A stretch of 64,000 nucleotides of DNA from Acidimicrobiia bacterium (GTDB lineage Bacteria > Actinomycetota > Acidimicrobiia > Spongiisociales > ZC4RG35). The notes below the pieces were generated by a model, which ran no database searches, was not told where the DNA came from, and saw only the letters and a program-made list of their open reading frames with translations. Location: contig JBOGET010000065.1 in the NCBI GenBank assembly GCA_050741975.1, positions 3,098 to 67,097 on the forward strand. The letters run 5' to 3'. This document shows positions 26,383 through 34,746 of this stretch, piece after piece (the stretch's first letter is position 1; every line of letters begins with the position of its first letter). Made by a program: the position numbers and the translations under genes.

Positions 26383-27299
26383 TACCGGCCCTCGACCAGA
26401 TAGCGGAACACGGATTCCAAGGACTCGTCCACAGGCTCGATCTTGGAGATCCCAATCGACTGCTCGACGGCGATGGTCGGCAGGCGAAGTGACAGGTCGC
26501 CGGCGTCCGAGGTCTCGACATGGACGGTCTCCCCGTCGACCTGCACCCCGAGGACCCCCGGGGTCGAGATCAGGGCCGCGGCCAGACGTCGCGGGTCGCT
26601 GGCATCGACGTAGACCCGGCGCGGCTTGTCGGTCATGGCCGCCCTGATCGTGGCCACGTCCCCGACGGCGGCGAGTCGGCCATCGACCATGGCCACCACC
26701 CGATCCGACAACCGCTCCACCTCGGCCAGCACATGGGATGAGACCAGCACCGTCCTTCCCGCCGCCCCCAACTCCTTGAACAGGACGATCAGCTGCGCCC
26801 GCTGCACCGGGTCGGCACCGTTCAAGGGCTCGTCGAGCAAGAGGATCTCGGGCTCGGAGACGAGGGCGGCGGCCACCTTGGCCCTCTGCCTCATCCCCTT
26901 GGAGAAACCACCCAGCGCCCGGTCGGCGGCATCGACCAGGCTCACTGTCTCGAGTGCCTTCCTGGCCCGGTCCACCGGATGGTCGATCTTGGCGAGACGC
27001 GCCGCCAGCTCGATGAACTGGCGACCAGTGAGACGCTCGTAGACGGACTCGTCCTCGGGGACGAGGGAGATCCGGCGATAGATCTCGGTGTCCTGGCGAG
27101 GGTCGACCCCGAATATCCGCACCTGGCCCTGGGAGGGCCGTTGCAGACCGGCAATCATCCGGAGCAGAGTGGTCTTGCCCGCACCATTGGGCCCGAGCAG
27201 CCCGGTGACGCCGGGGCGGAAACCGATGCTCAACTCGCTCACTGCCACCTTGAGCCCGAACCACTTGGAGAGGTCGGTGACCACGATGGTGTCGGTCAC
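26382..27299 (-). CDS. ABC transporter ATP-binding protein (module 2)
   Basis: 305 aa: GPNGAGKTT, FSKGMRQR, LLLDEPLNG. Confidence 0.9.
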   Translation of the reverse strand: MTDTIVVTDLSKWFGLKVAVSELSIGFRPGVTGLLGPNGAGKTTLLRMIAGLQRPSQGQVRIFGVDPRQDTEIYRRISLVPEDESVYERLTGRQFIELAARLAKIDHPVDRARKALETVSLVDAADRALGGFSKGMRQRAKVAAALVSEPEILLLDEPLNGADPVQRAQLIVLFKELGAAGRTVLVSSHVLAEVERLSDRVVAMVDGRLAAVGDVATIRAAMTDKPRRVYVDASDPRRLAAALISTPGVLGVQVDGETVHVETSDAGDLSLRLPTIAVEQSIGISKIEPVDESLESVFRYLVEGR

Positions 27300-28177
27300 G
27301 CCAGTCTCCGGTAACGGGCGCGGACGAACCAGGCGGCGACCACGACAAGTCCCACGATCACCACCAGCGACACCCAGACTTCGAAGCCGGCCAGCTCCGG
27401 GGCGTATCGGACGGTGTCACCGAGCAGGTGGTCCCTGATGATCCGCGGGTGGTGATCCAGGGCAAGCAGAGAGGCATATCTGGCCCCGGGGAAGCCGGCC
27501 TCGGCCACGCGGCCGGCGATGGCGCCTCCGGCGAAGAGGATCCCGAGGAACGAGGCGGCGGCGATCCCGGTCCGGTCGATCACCGCGGACAGGGTGAAGA
27601 CCACGGCACCGTGGAGGGCGATGAAGGCCAGGGTGGTCACCGGGACCTTCCACAGGATGTCGAGACGGCTGCCCAGATAGGGGAGGAACCCCTCGTCGGC
27701 GATCAGGGCCAGCCCGAGATGCAGCACCACCTGGGGGACCAGGTAGATGGCCCCGACCACGGAGGCAAAAGCCCCCACCTTCGAAGCCAGGTACCCGTCC
27801 ACGGTGAGGGGGCGGGAGAAGTACACGGAGAGCACGCCCTTGGTCCGGTCCGGGGCCAGCAGCTGCGGGCCGGCCAGGGCGATGAACAGGAGCGAGATCC
27901 CGGAGTAGAAGTCGAACAGACCCCCATAGGTCGGTACCTGCTGGCGCAGGCTCTCCTCGATGTTCCCGATGGCCCAATGGATGCCGATGAAGATCGCAGC
28001 GGCGATGAGGGCGATGGCGATGAGCGACCAGGGGAAGATCTTCTGCCGTGCCTTTCGCCCCAGGCCGAGGACCCGGCGCACGCCGTCCTTGAACACGGCG
28101 CGACGGGCGCCGCGGGGTCCGAGACGAGGCCCGTCGTAGGTCCGGTAGCCACGGTCGTAGATGACCTGGTCCGTCAC
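27296..28177 (-). CDS. ABC-2 type transporter permease (module 1)
   Basis: 293 aa with 6 hydrophobic spans and 4-nt overlaps with both neighbours. Confidence 0.8.
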   Translation of the reverse strand: MTDQVIYDRGYRTYDGPRLGPRGARRAVFKDGVRRVLGLGRKARQKIFPWSLIAIALIAAAIFIGIHWAIGNIEESLRQQVPTYGGLFDFYSGISLLFIALAGPQLLAPDRTKGVLSVYFSRPLTVDGYLASKVGAFASVVGAIYLVPQVVLHLGLALIADEGFLPYLGSRLDILWKVPVTTLAFIALHGAVVFTLSAVIDRTGIAAASFLGILFAGGAIAGRVAEAGFPGARYASLLALDHHPRIIRDHLLGDTVRYAPELAGFEVWVSLVVIVGLVVVAAWFVRARYRRLA

Positions 28178-29076
28178 GGGACGGGCTCCCGGCTCATGAA
28201 GAGATCCTCCAACGATGCGGAGCCGCGCACCATGCGCACCAGCCCGGAGCCGGTCTCGGCGGCGGCGGCGACAACCATCGGCTCGATGCTCTCGTCGCCG
28301 GGGCCGACGATCAGTCGTCGACCGTCGACCACCACTTCAAGTCCGTGAGCCCTGACCCGGTTCGCCACCTCCTCCGGGTGCTCCAGCACCTCGACCAGCA
28401 CCGTGCCCAGCTTCTCGAATCCTTGGAGCGGGCCCGAGCGGAGCAGGTGGCCGGCATCGAGCATCACCACCCAATCGCAGGTCTGCTCGATGTCGGTCAG
28501 CACATGCGAGGACACGATGACGTTGATGTCGACGGTGGCCAGCCGCTTGATCAGGTCCAGCATCTGGGTCCGGCCATCGGGATCGAGACCCGATGCCGGC
28601 TCGTCGAGGAGGAGGAGATCGGGGTCGTGGACGATGGCCTGGGCCAGCTTGACCCTCTGTTGCATGCCGGTGGAGAAGTCGCCGAGAAAACGGAAGCGCT
28701 CCTCCTCCAGCCCGACCAGGAACAGGGTCTCCGACGAGCGTCGCCTCGCCTCGTGGGGAGGGATCCCCGCCAGCTGGGCGGCATACGAGACGAAGTCGGC
28801 CGCGGTCTGGTCCTTGGGCAGGCACTCCCCCTCTGGCATGTACCCGATCCGGGAGCGCACCACCAGCGGCTCCGCCTGGGGATCGTGCCCCAGCACCTGC
28901 ATCGACCCCGACGTCGGGTGGAGGAGCCCGAGCATGAGACGGAGCAGGGTGGTCTTGCCGGCTCCGTTGGCTCCAACCAGACCGGTCACCCCCGTAGGAA
29001 CCTCAAGGTCGAGGTCTTGGAGGGCCACCACCTCGCCATAGACATGGGTGAGGCCGGACACGGATAGGACGGTCAC
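28174..29076 (-). CDS. ABC transporter ATP-binding protein (module 1)
   Basis: 300 aa with GTG start: GANGAGKTT, FSTGMQQR, LLLDEPASG. The SD (GGGGGAGGA) lies inside repeat copy B. Confidence 0.9.
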   Translation of the reverse strand: MTVLSVSGLTHVYGEVVALQDLDLEVPTGVTGLVGANGAGKTTLLRLMLGLLHPTSGSMQVLGHDPQAEPLVVRSRIGYMPEGECLPKDQTAADFVSYAAQLAGIPPHEARRRSSETLFLVGLEEERFRFLGDFSTGMQQRVKLAQAIVHDPDLLLLDEPASGLDPDGRTQMLDLIKRLATVDINVIVSSHVLTDIEQTCDWVVMLDAGHLLRSGPLQGFEKLGTVLVEVLEHPEEVANRVRAHGLEVVVDGRRLIVGPGDESIEPMVVAAAAETGSGLVRMVRGSASLEDLFMSREPVP

Positions 29077-29078
29077 CG

Positions 29079-29174
29079 CGTTTCCTCCCCCGTAGGGGGA
29101 GGTGGCCCGGAGGGCCGGAGGGGGAATCCCCCCTCCCCGCCTTCGGCGGCACTCCCCCCTGCCGGGGGAGAAAC
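29079..29174. repeat. modular GC-rich hairpin repeat, copy B (inverted modules P1 29079..29120 and P2 29121..29174)
   Basis: See copy A. It fills the gap between the ligase stop (29177) and the ABC operon start (29076). Confidence 0.8.
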
Positions 29175-29176
29175 CT

Positions 29177-30196
29177 TCACTTCACCACCTCGTGGAAGCC
29201 GGGGCCTTCAGGGCGCTCGAGCTGATCCATGGTGCATTGGAGCGGGTCCTTGTCGGGGCGCCAGCGGTGGAAACGGGTGGCGTGACGGAACCGGTCCCCC
29301 TCCAACTGGTCGTAGCTGACCTCCACTACCACACCCGACTGAACCGGAGTCCAGGACAGGTCTTTGTCAGCGGACCAGCGGCTCTGGCCCCCGGGGGCCC
29401 GGGCCTCCTCCCCGAAGCTGTCATCGGCGACCAGCTCCTTGAACCGGTTGAAGATCTCGACCCGGTCGGCGTCGCCGAACCCGGAGCAATGGCCGATGAA
29501 GTGGAGCTCGCCCCGTTCGTCGTAGAGCCCGAGGAGGAGGGAGCCGATCTTCCCCCCGTCCTTGTGCTCCCGGAACCCCCCGACCACGCAGTCCACGGTC
29601 CGGCGGTGCTTGATCTTGATCATCGCCCGCTTACCGTGCTGGTAGGCGAGATCGGGCACCTTGGCCACGATCCCGTCACAACCGGCCGACTCGAACTCGT
29701 CGAACCAGCGCCGGGCCACCCCATCAGTGTCGGTCTGGGGGGTGAGATGCCAGGGATCACCGAGACCCTTGGCCAGCTCGACCAGCCGCTCCCGGCGCTC
29801 GCTGAACGGGTGTTCACGCAGGTCCCGGCCCCGGTCGGCGAGCAGGTCGAAGGCGATCAGCTCGGCGGGAGTCTGCTCGGAGAGCAACGTGATACGTGAG
29901 ACCGCGGGGTGGATCCTCTGTTGAAGCGAGTCGAAGTCGGTGACGCCGTCGAGCACGACCACGATCTCGCCGTCGACCACCGTGCCCTCGGGGAGCTGGT
30001 CGAGGGCGGGCGCCAGCTCGGGGAAGTAGCGAAGCAGGGGCCGTTGGTTGCGAGAGTCGATGCGACTCTCCGGAGCCGACCACGAGACCGAACGGAAGCC
30101 GTCCCATTTCGGCTCATAGAGGAACTCGCCCTTGGGCCACGTCTCTGATGTCCTGGCCTCCATCGTCTCGATGGGTGGCTCGAAGGGATGACTCAC
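29177..30196 (-). CDS. ATP-dependent DNA ligase (LigC/LigD ligase-domain type)
   Basis: 339 aa with GTG start. Motif I is EPKWDGFR, motif IV is DGIVAK and motif V is AMIKIKH. The OB-domain tail is RFHRWRPDK. Confidence 0.9.
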   Translation of the reverse strand: MSHPFEPPIETMEARTSETWPKGEFLYEPKWDGFRSVSWSAPESRIDSRNQRPLLRYFPELAPALDQLPEGTVVDGEIVVVLDGVTDFDSLQQRIHPAVSRITLLSEQTPAELIAFDLLADRGRDLREHPFSERRERLVELAKGLGDPWHLTPQTDTDGVARRWFDEFESAGCDGIVAKVPDLAYQHGKRAMIKIKHRRTVDCVVGGFREHKDGGKIGSLLLGLYDERGELHFIGHCSGFGDADRVEIFNRFKELVADDSFGEEARAPGGQSRWSADKDLSWTPVQSGVVVEVSYDQLEGDRFRHATRFHRWRPDKDPLQCTMDQLERPEGPGFHEVVK

Positions 30197-30231
30197 TCGG
30201 GTCGAGTGTAAAGCGGCGATACCCTGCCTCT

Positions 30232-31236
30232 GTGATCGAGCAGATCATCGCAAGACTCCCGGCATGGGCCAGGGCCCCCGCCGAGACGTTGGCCGGGGCG
30301 GCCGCGGAGTTCGGCAACGACCGCGCCTCCCGCATGGCGGCGGCGATCGCATATAGGACGGTGTTCGCCGTGGCCCCACTGTTGATGGTGCTGGTTGCGG
30401 TGCTGGGGGCGTTTCTCGGGAGCCGGGCCGAGGCCCAGCTGGAGATCCGCGACAGCATCGAGGCGGTCGCCGGCAGGGAGGTCGCCGACATCGTCGGCTC
30501 GGTGATCACGTCGGCGACGGTGTCTGCCAACACCACGGCCATCCTGGGCGGCGTCCTGCTCCTCTGGACCGCCTCGGGTCTCTTCCTCGAGATGCAACGA
30601 AACCTCAACGACATCTTCGAGGCACCGGCCGAACGCCTGACCGGGATCGTCGCCATGATCCGGACCCGCGGCATCGGGTTTCTCTGGACGCTCGGGCTCG
30701 GGATCCTGCTGGTGGTGACCTGGGGCCTCAACGCCATCTGGCGCTTTCTGGGCACCCTCCTCCCCGATTCGATGGCCTCGCTCCACGAGGTAGTCGTCAT
30801 CCTCACCCCGCTCCTGTCGCTCGTCTTGCTACCCCTTGTCTTCGCCCTCATCTTCCGGACCATGGTTGCGATCACCGTTGCCTGGCGGGCGGTCTGGGTC
30901 GGTGGTCTGTTCACATCGGTCATCTTCCTCCTGGCCGCCTACGGGATCGGTGTCTTCTTTCAGGTCGCCGATCCCACCACCGCCCTCGGTTTCACCGGCG
31001 CCTTCGTGGTCGTGCTCTTCCTCGCCTACTTCTTGTCGATGGTGTTCCTCTTCGGAGCCGAGGTGACGAAGGTCTACGCCGACCGGCTCGCGGCCCGCTC
31101 GACCCCCGCGGCCAGACAGCCGCTCTACGGCGATGGGCAGGTGGTGGTGGCCGAGCCACCGGCCGGGTTCCCCCGGGCGGCGTTCATGGCGTTTCTCGCC
31201 GGGCTGCTCGTCGGCTGGCGAAGAAGCCGTCGCTGA
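30232..31236 (+). CDS. YihY/BrkB (virulence factor BrkB) family membrane protein
   Basis: ORF 30148..31236 trimmed to GTG 30232 (VIEQIIARL..AAAIAYRTVFAVAPLL), which avoids antisense overlap with the ligase 5' end. Confidence 0.85.
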   Translation: MIEQIIARLPAWARAPAETLAGAAAEFGNDRASRMAAAIAYRTVFAVAPLLMVLVAVLGAFLGSRAEAQLEIRDSIEAVAGREVADIVGSVITSATVSANTTAILGGVLLLWTASGLFLEMQRNLNDIFEAPAERLTGIVAMIRTRGIGFLWTLGLGILLVVTWGLNAIWRFLGTLLPDSMASLHEVVVILTPLLSLVLLPLVFALIFRTMVAITVAWRAVWVGGLFTSVIFLLAAYGIGVFFQVADPTTALGFTGAFVVVLFLAYFLSMVFLFGAEVTKVYADRLAARSTPAARQPLYGDGQVVVAEPPAGFPRAAFMAFLAGLLVGWRRSRR

Positions 31237-31278
31237 CCCGCTGTCAATTGAAACCGGACTCCAATAATCTCATCCTCA

Positions 31279-31845
31279 ATGTCCGTTGACATCGCCGGAT
31301 TCGTCACCGACCTCAAAGAGCACGCCACCGAGCACGGTTTCCATGTCCACGACGAGCGTCATTTCGTCGAGACCTACTCGCTGCGCCAGTCCTGGGAGGT
31401 GGACCTCCACCCCGAGGCGGGATGTGGGGGCCCGATCGACCTCCACGTCGCACTGGACGTGGACCCCAAGGTGATCCTCTCCCTGCGCGAGCGTCTCGAC
31501 GAGATGGACTCCGACTTCGAGGAGCCGGAGAACGTCTATCACCTCGACCTGTTCTTCAACTGGGCGGTCCCGCCCCTGCTCAGCCCGCCCGATCTCCTGG
31601 TCCTGGCCACCGATCTGGCCGGGGTGGGCGGGGTGTCGCTCCCGGTGGAGGTGTCCGCGATCGACTCCTACGGGGCGGTCACCGACGCCCCGGAGCGGCG
31701 GCTGACCCTGACCGGGCGGGCTTCGGTCAGCCTGGTCGACGTGCTCATGGGGCGAGACCAGCTCTGCGAGGTCTTGGACCGGTCGCACGAGGTGAGCGAG
31801 TACCTCCTCGACCGGGTCGGCGGCTGGATGGAGCTGCCGAACTGA
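31279..31845 (+). CDS. hypothetical acidic protein
   Basis: 188 aa with good coding character and no family recognised. A TAATCT -10-like hexamer ends 8 nt before the ATG and there is no SD, so the mRNA is possibly leaderless. Confidence 0.6.
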   Translation: MSVDIAGFVTDLKEHATEHGFHVHDERHFVETYSLRQSWEVDLHPEAGCGGPIDLHVALDVDPKVILSLRERLDEMDSDFEEPENVYHLDLFFNWAVPPLLSPPDLLVLATDLAGVGGVSLPVEVSAIDSYGAVTDAPERRLTLTGRASVSLVDVLMGRDQLCEVLDRSHEVSEYLLDRVGGWMELPN

Positions 31846-31893
31846 TTGCCGGGCACAGAGGGTCGGTCTCGGCCAAAGTCGGCCGGCAATCAG
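31842..31893. terminator. bidirectional hairpin: perfect 11-bp inverted repeat CTGATTGCCGG / CCGGCAATCAG enclosing copy 2 of the 25-nt repeat
   Basis: The arms are 31842..31852 and 31883..31893 and each contains the stop codon of one convergent gene. The loop holds GTCTCGGCCAAAGTCGG. Confidence 0.6.
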
Positions 31894-32279
31894 AGGATGC
31901 TGATCAGGGCCCAGATGCCGAGGGCGGCGGTGATGACGGCCAGCACCCAGAAACCGATGACCGTGGCCGGCTTCGGCGGTGGGCCTTCCTTGACCTCGAT
32001 GGTGTCCGACGCCGCGGTTCGCTCGGACGAGCTGGAAGTCGGGTAGCGGTGGATGCCACGGGCGAAGCTGCCCGGGTCGTCGGGGAGGAACGGGATCGAG
32101 TCGTCCTCGGCCTCGATGACGAACGCCCCCGATCCGAGGTCGATCACTTCGTATTCACCGGCCAGCCACTCTCCGATGGAGACTTCGCCCGAGACGAGGG
32201 TGATCCTCTCGTCGTCGAGCCCGACCATGACGGGAACGTCGTCGTCGTTGAGGTTCACGACGCCCGGGAATGTTGTCAT
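31890..32279 (-). CDS. hypothetical tail-anchored membrane protein
   Basis: ORF 31890..32339 trimmed to ATG 32279 (MTTFPGVVNL). It has an acidic soluble domain and a single C-terminal TM (VIGFWVLAVITAALGIWALISIL). Confidence 0.55.
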   Translation of the reverse strand: MTTFPGVVNLNDDDVPVMVGLDDERITLVSGEVSIGEWLAGEYEVIDLGSGAFVIEAEDDSIPFLPDDPGSFARGIHRYPTSSSSERTAASDTIEVKEGPPPKPATVIGFWVLAVITAALGIWALISIL

Positions 32280-32404
32280 CTCTCTCGGTCCCCCACGGTG
32301 GAACGGCCGACAAGCCCGGCGCTGGCGCGGGCGACTCAATGCTAATGGTAATCATCCGGGTCGCCGCCCAGATGGGGGCGTCGTCTCGATTGGCGACATG
32401 ACCG

Positions 32405-33100
32405 CTAGAAGGGCAGATCGAGGGCTCCGCACAGGAACCTGGTGAATCGGCTGGCCCGAGCGAACATCGTGGCCAGCTCCTGGTCGAACCCTGTAGTGGT
32501 GACCTGTTTCTGGGTGAGGGTGGCTCCAGCCATGAACGACTTCATGCGCAGGTCGTCGGCGTAGGGGTGAGCGGGGTCGAGGCCGGGCGGGACCCGCTTC
32601 AGCAACTCGTCGTCGTCTGGCCTGATGGACCACGTGTCGGTGAACGACCTCGACTTGGTGGCCGCCGCCCAACCGACGCTGTCGTCGTGGATCGCCTGAC
32701 GGAGCTGTCGGGCCACCGCCGTTTCCGGGTGCCAGAGCCCGACACCGGCGAAGCACGATCCGGGGGCGAGATGGAGGTAGTAGCCAGGGGCGTGGATGTC
32801 CTTTCCCGCCTCGTGTCGGATCTGTATGCCGACATTTGTCTTGTAGGGGGTCTTGTCCGGGGAGAACCGGGTGTCACGGAACGGCCGCATCAGGGACCCT
32901 CCCACCGTCCTCGAATCGGCCACGAAATGAGGTGAGATCCTCCGGAGACGGTCACCGAAGTCGGTGATGAAGTCGAGGGCCGGTTCGCGCACTACCGCGT
33001 TGTAGCGATCCTTGTTCTCGTCCCACCATGTCTTCTCGTTGTTGGCCTCGAGCTCGCGTAGAAAGGCGAAGAGGGCGGGGGTGAAGTGCTTCTTGCTCAA
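32405..33100 (-). CDS. DUF2461 (TIGR02453) family protein
   Basis: ORF 32405..33220 trimmed to TTG 33100, with GGAGCG upstream. Contains FTPALFAFLRELEANNEKTWWDENKDRY and MRPFRDTRFSPDKTPYKT. Confidence 0.85.
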   Translation of the reverse strand: MSKKHFTPALFAFLRELEANNEKTWWDENKDRYNAVVREPALDFITDFGDRLRRISPHFVADSRTVGGSLMRPFRDTRFSPDKTPYKTNVGIQIRHEAGKDIHAPGYYLHLAPGSCFAGVGLWHPETAVARQLRQAIHDDSVGWAAATKSRSFTDTWSIRPDDDELLKRVPPGLDPAHPYADDLRMKSFMAGATLTQKQVTTTGFDQELATMFARASRFTRFLCGALDLPF

Positions 33101-33176
33101 GATCGCTCCTTGATCATCCTCATGAAAGGTACGCGCAGTACGGGGGCGATTGGAAGGGGATCGTCGCCAGCGAGGC

Positions 33177-34496
33177 TCAGACGTGCTCTTCTGCCGCGAG
33201 CTCGCTCCACGGAGTGCCAAACCCGTCGCGCACGTTGACTACGAAGGCCCTGAAGTCCTTCCGCAGGACCCAGACCGCGGCGAGGAGGAACACGATCCCG
33301 ACCCCGATCCGGGCCTGGGCCGACCCCTCCTCGGAGAGGTGACCCAGCTCGGCCATTCCCGACTCGGCGAGCTGGGCGACGAACAGCCCCAGCATCACCC
33401 AGGCCTCGGTGCGGCTCACCGAGCGACTGGCCACTATGGCCACGGCGAAGACCGACTGGGCGGCGGTGACGAAGAGCTCCACCCGCTGCACCCTCTCGAG
33501 GGGCAGGCCATGGAGCACCCCGGCGAATATCGAGAACACGATGGGCAGGGTCCCCACCAGCAACGTCCACTGGTTCACCTTCGAGGAGATGAGAGCACCC
33601 ATGCCGGTGCGGCTGGCCAATCTCCAGGCGAACAGTGTCGCCACCAGCAGCTCGGGAGCCTCCGAGGCGGTGGGGGCGATCCACTTGATCAGGAGAAACT
33701 CGCTGACCCCGATCGCCTCTCCGAGCTCGATGATGGAGTCGGCGAACTCCTCGGCGCAGAGGAGGATCACCGCCGCGGCGACGACGAACATGGTGTAGTT
33801 GATGATCCGGCGGGCGCGTTTGGGTAGGGAGCCGAGGTATGCCGATGGCCCCACCAAGTGTGGCGCGCCGGGCGGCGCCCCGGAGAGTCGTCTCAAGTAG
33901 AGGACATAGATGCCCACCAGCACCACGGCATCGAATGGGGAGAGGGTGTCCTTCAGGAAAAGTGTCAGCCCGTACAGCGAGGCGACGGTGAGATAGGCGA
34001 TGTCCACCGACTGGCTTCGGAAGAGGTTGATCTCAGAGACCGTGGTTCGCTCGGCTTCCTCGGGCCGGGCACGGGTCTTCTTCACTCTCCAGGTTCCGAT
34101 CAGGATCACCGCGGGCCATCCCAGCCCGATCAGGAGCTGGTTGCCGCCCGTCATGTTGGCCAGCGCCAGGGGCCCGTATCTGAGGGAATCACCGGTCTCG
34201 GCGAACTCCTGCCCGGCTCTGGCGGTGAGCACGAAGTCGACCGCATACTCGGGCAGGATGGCGATGAGGGCGAGCAGGGCCAGGGCGAGCCCGGCGGCGA
34301 TGTCGAGTTGGACCACCTCGGCGGCCCAGGAGAGAATGAAGGCGGCGCCGACGATGGCGAGGCCGAAGGCCGCGGCACCGACGATCGGGTCGGGATCGGC
34401 TCCGGTGAGGCGGATGAAGACCCCGGGCAGGGTTGCGGCCAGGGCCAGCGTCATGAACAGGATCTGACGGCGTGGGTCGATGCGGGCGGTGACCAT
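33177..34496 (-). CDS. Ca2+/Na+ antiporter (CaCA) family membrane protein
   Basis: 439 aa with two repeats of hydrophobic helices and alpha-repeat-like segments ILPEYAVD and IAPTASEAPELLV. Confidence 0.8.
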   Translation of the reverse strand: MVTARIDPRRQILFMTLALAATLPGVFIRLTGADPDPIVGAAAFGLAIVGAAFILSWAAEVVQLDIAAGLALALLALIAILPEYAVDFVLTARAGQEFAETGDSLRYGPLALANMTGGNQLLIGLGWPAVILIGTWRVKKTRARPEEAERTTVSEINLFRSQSVDIAYLTVASLYGLTLFLKDTLSPFDAVVLVGIYVLYLRRLSGAPPGAPHLVGPSAYLGSLPKRARRIINYTMFVVAAAVILLCAEEFADSIIELGEAIGVSEFLLIKWIAPTASEAPELLVATLFAWRLASRTGMGALISSKVNQWTLLVGTLPIVFSIFAGVLHGLPLERVQRVELFVTAAQSVFAVAIVASRSVSRTEAWVMLGLFVAQLAESGMAELGHLSEEGSAQARIGVGIVFLLAAVWVLRKDFRAFVVNVRDGFGTPWSELAAEEHV

Positions 34497-34549
34497 CGGG
34501 GGCTCGGGATTGTAAGTGGGCTGCCGGGTTTACCGATTCGGTGGCATCG

Positions 34550-34726
34550 TCAGTCGTCGGCCCAGTCGGGGTCGTCGTCCCAGGCCTGATTGCGCCGCTT
34601 CACCGTCTCCAGGGCTTTGGCCGCCTCCTCCCGGGTCGGGTAAGGGCCGAGTCTGACGGCGATCCGGCACCCCTCCCTGGGCTCCACAGCGTGGTGCTCG
34701 AGACAGTAGAACCACTCCTCGTCCAT
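34550..34726 (-). CDS. small conserved protein (58 aa)
   Basis: ORF 34550..34978 trimmed to ATG 34726: MDEEWFYCLEHHAVEPREGCRIAVRLGPYPTREEAAKALETVKRRNQAWDDDPDWADD. The RLGPYPTREEA..RN..WD pattern resembles small actinobacterial proteins. Confidence 0.6.
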   Translation of the reverse strand: MDEEWFYCLEHHAVEPREGCRIAVRLGPYPTREEAAKALETVKRRNQAWDDDPDWADD

Positions 34727-34746
34727 GGGCCGACCTCGAAAAGCCC

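Noticed and set aside
25654-27348. 564-aa ORF; likewise the 616-aa ORF 55531..57381, the 545-aa ORF 57445..59082 and the 524-aa ORF 48236..49810
   Set aside because: Only the C-terminal parts are real genes. The long N-terminal extensions run through the upstream gene in another frame. They were trimmed to starts that overlap the upstream stop or have an SD.
25547-29174. Possible CRISPR array or IS inverted repeats formed by the GC-rich repeats
   Set aside because: There are only two copies, 3.4 kb apart, with no regular spacer-repeat periodicity. No cas or transposase gene is present, and the sequence between them is a normal ABC operon.
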